64,000 nucleotides of DNA, taken from assembly GCA_030704615.1 (NCBI GenBank), contig CM060732.1, positions 38,502,001 to 38,566,000 on the forward strand. Direction: 5' to 3'. This document shows positions 61,501 to 64,000 of the stretch, one piece after another. This stretch comes from Takakia lepidozioides (Eukaryota; Plantae; Bryophyta). Position 1 is the first letter of the stretch, and each line of letters starts with the position of its first letter. The translations under genes were made by a program, and so were the position numbers. The notes beneath the pieces were generated by a model. That model saw only the letters and a list, made by a program, of their open reading frames with translations, was not told the origin of the DNA and searched no databases.

Positions 61501-64000
61501 TGCTCAGTCTCCACAGTCTACTGAATGGAGTCAGTCCGTTCACACCGTTGCGACATGGGTTTTCAGACAAAGCCGTGTGCAGGTTGGGTTCTCATTTTGC
61601 CGCGGCCATGTGACGGCATGTGGCGGCCGGCCATGCCATGGTTAAGTTTAATTAAGGCAACCCCCGGTATGATTGCTCCATCGGGCCTTCGGACATGAAG
61701 CCACTTGAGACGGTGGAGTCAGAGTGCACATATAGAATGTTGGAGCTGTGGTGTCATTTCTATGAGAAGACGGTTGAGGAGAAGTACTCAAGTATTGTTG
61801 CTCTTCTGCCAGCCTCAAGGTGGTCTCTTATGATGACATATTGGGACGGGCCACGGGAAAGGCTAGTGGACAATCTGCATTCTTGCTGGAGCGTCCCTCG
61901 GCTCGGCAAAGACATAAAATACTGCCATCATATAATCGTTCCGATTGTGGAAGAGTAAGATCTCGCATACCCAGTCTATTCTATCATGCCAATCTACTTA
62001 GTCTTTTGAATGACGTTAGTCCGTTCATACCGGCCTCTTGCTAGTTGAGTCCGTTCAGTCTGCTCAGTCTGGCTAGTCTGCCCAATCTTTTGAATGAGGT
62101 GAGTCCGTTCTTACCGGCCTTTCGTGAGTAGTTCTCCTAGTCTGCTCAGTCTAGCAAGTCTACCCAGTCTTTTGAATGAGGTCAGACCGTTCTTACCAAC
62201 GTCTCTGAGTTCGGACAGTCTGCTTAGTCTGCCCACTCTCCTGAGTCTGCTGAATCTGCTCATTATGCCGAGTCTGCTAAGTCTACTGAGTTTTGAGTCT
62301 GATGAGTGTACTAGAACCAAGACCCAACCTACTTGCGAGTCTGTAGAGTCTGCTGGAGACTCAGTTGGACTGGTTTGCTGAGATGACTATGGGCTGAGAG
62401 TGTGTTGCGCCCTTGAGACTCATGAGAATCGTCTTGCAGGGGGCATTGGAGTGTTGTTGTCATCGACGTGCGGAAAGGCTGCTACACTCACATGAATTCC
62501 ATCGAGTCTTTGCATGGTTGCCCATATGTTTTGTCATGGATACGGAAGCTGCATGCAGAGTGTTTGGACTACAATGTTGATTCACCGGGTTGGGAGGAAG
62601 TTAGGGCATTCAGTTCAACCAGCCTGAAGTGCCCCAACAGTCATTCAGCTGGGACTGTGGGATTTACGTCATGTCATTCATCCAAGGATATTATGAATGG
62701 CTTCAAAGTGGGCATAGTCGAACTTCTTCTAAAAAGGCAGAGAGAGGAATACATTTCACGAAAAACTGGTTTACGTTCAAGTTTGCATTTGGCCAACGGA
62801 TGCAGTGTCTTAAGTACATCTTGAATGGTTTGGCCGCTGCTGAGAACGCAGTTTCCTGGTAGATAGGATGTATGGGCCCGAGATTAGAGGTGCACCATAG
62901 GACGCATTTGTCATGTACGCATGCTTTTCAGCATTTGCAACGAAATAAAAGATGACTATGCCTTTGCATACACATCCTATTGGTCGATGATGAGTGCAGT
63001 GTGGAGTCCTCGCTGTAGACTTGTGACAAATTCACTGCATGTTGTTAAGCGGACTTACCCCTGCACAGTGCAAGCACACACAATCATTCTGTTTAACATA
63101 CCAAGGAAGTCCACTGGTCAACAAACAGCCGAGAGTCAGCAGACTGCCAGAGTATGTGAAGAGAGTATGCCTAGGCTGGTGAGCAGACGTTATGAGATGG
63201 CAATGTCGGCAGACTGACGAGAGTCCGACAGACTGAGGAGATGGGACCAGTCTGGCAGACTGGCAGATGGGATTGGGAACCATGAGTCATAGTCTGAAGA
63301 GCATGTGTGCTGAGAGTCCAATGGTCAGCAGACTGTCGAAAGTCACCGGAGTGCTAGAGTACAGGCGGATGGCATTGGCCAGTAGTCTGCCAAGTCTGGT
63401 CAGCAGAGTAAGTGAGGGTCCAGCGTACTCAGAATGGTGAATCTGATGGGCAGACCGCATGAGGGTCACTAGTCAGCCAAGTGCATGCCAATTCAGAACC
63501 AGGAGAGTGGTTTGCTTAGGAGACTGTGTACTCCGCACCCTGCATATTTTATTTTCATGCTGATGGACAAGTCAGATTGTTTACAAGCCTATGAGCACAA
63601 TGGCTCGAAGACTGGCAGCAGACTGAGCAGAAGCCTGGTTCAGTAGACTGGTTCAGAAGACTGGTTAAAGATTGGTACAACAGATTGGTTCAGACGCCAC
63701 AAGACTGGTTGGCAGACAGGTTGAAAATCTTGTGCACATGCAATCGTACTACATAATTTTTATTTCATCGGGAGAATGATAGTGTAGCATTTCCTACATT
63801 TTTTACTCTACTTTACAACTGGTATACGGTCTGCAACCCTCCGGATTGTGGAGTATATGTGTGCTACAGGTGTTGGGTCACCAACTCTCTTCCCTATTTT
63901 GCGCAAGACTCTGGGTCCCGTTTTCCATGCCTCAACGAAATCCCGTTTTTTTTTCAGCGACATATTGTTGTTGTCATTTACAGAACGGGAACTCTTTGCT
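58552..64000 (-). mobile_element. Second related Mutator-like element MULE-2 (opposite orientation; other end outside the window)
   Basis: TIR GCCTCTCATTTTACAATAA...GTGGGCCCCGCGCACGGACGCCCGGCT resembles the MULE-1 TIR. Interior is homologous to the reverse complement of 35300-45300 (AEAYA.GGVY, TPPDAR..SMHAT.EA.KTG, Ulp1 exons). Confidence 0.85.
61640..62862 (+). pseudogene. Ulp1-like (peptidase C48) protease in MULE-2
   Basis: HIIVPIVEE, intron to CAG at about 62439, GHWSVVVID and PQQSFSWDCGIYV (His-Asp-Gln-Cys catalytic set). Frameshift and stop present. Confidence 0.78.

Overview
Eukaryotic land-plant DNA, most likely a seed-free plant (bryophyte, lycophyte or fern; inferred from plant-type CACTA/MULE transposases, PLS-PPR and RPS3a fragments, TTTAGGG repeats and spliceosomal introns). 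It starts in the last two exons of an ABCC/MRP transporter. The ancestral backbone is a small island of fungal-type genes: two paralogous HET-domain (heterokaryon-incompatibility) genes (3956-6509 disrupted; 52638-55192 intact, 826 aa, one 74-nt fungal-style intron) with amino-acid differences concentrated in short patches, and between them a frameshifted fungal-type membrane-protein gene (46961-48183). The island is split by a 36.8-kb Mutator-like element (8852-45677; about 300-bp TIRs, 9-bp TSD GGTAAAAAA) that carries a SWIM-type transposase and a Ulp1-like protease. Nested inside it are a CACTA element (TSD AAT) with a NIF/FCP1-like phosphatase domain in its TnpA-like region, an unclassified SWIM-encoding element in the CACTA transposase, a Pack-CACTA (TSD ATA) inside that, and a TGTAGTGTGA-terminated insertion. 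A 3.1-kb inversion (9843-12944) through 4-bp microhomology creates two reciprocal in-frame phosphatase/transposase chimeras. The right end holds MITEs, a Helitron-type RepHel remnant and a second related MULE that runs off the window. No rRNA, true tRNA or CRISPR array was found. Family assignments come from motif recognition by eye; no database search was run.
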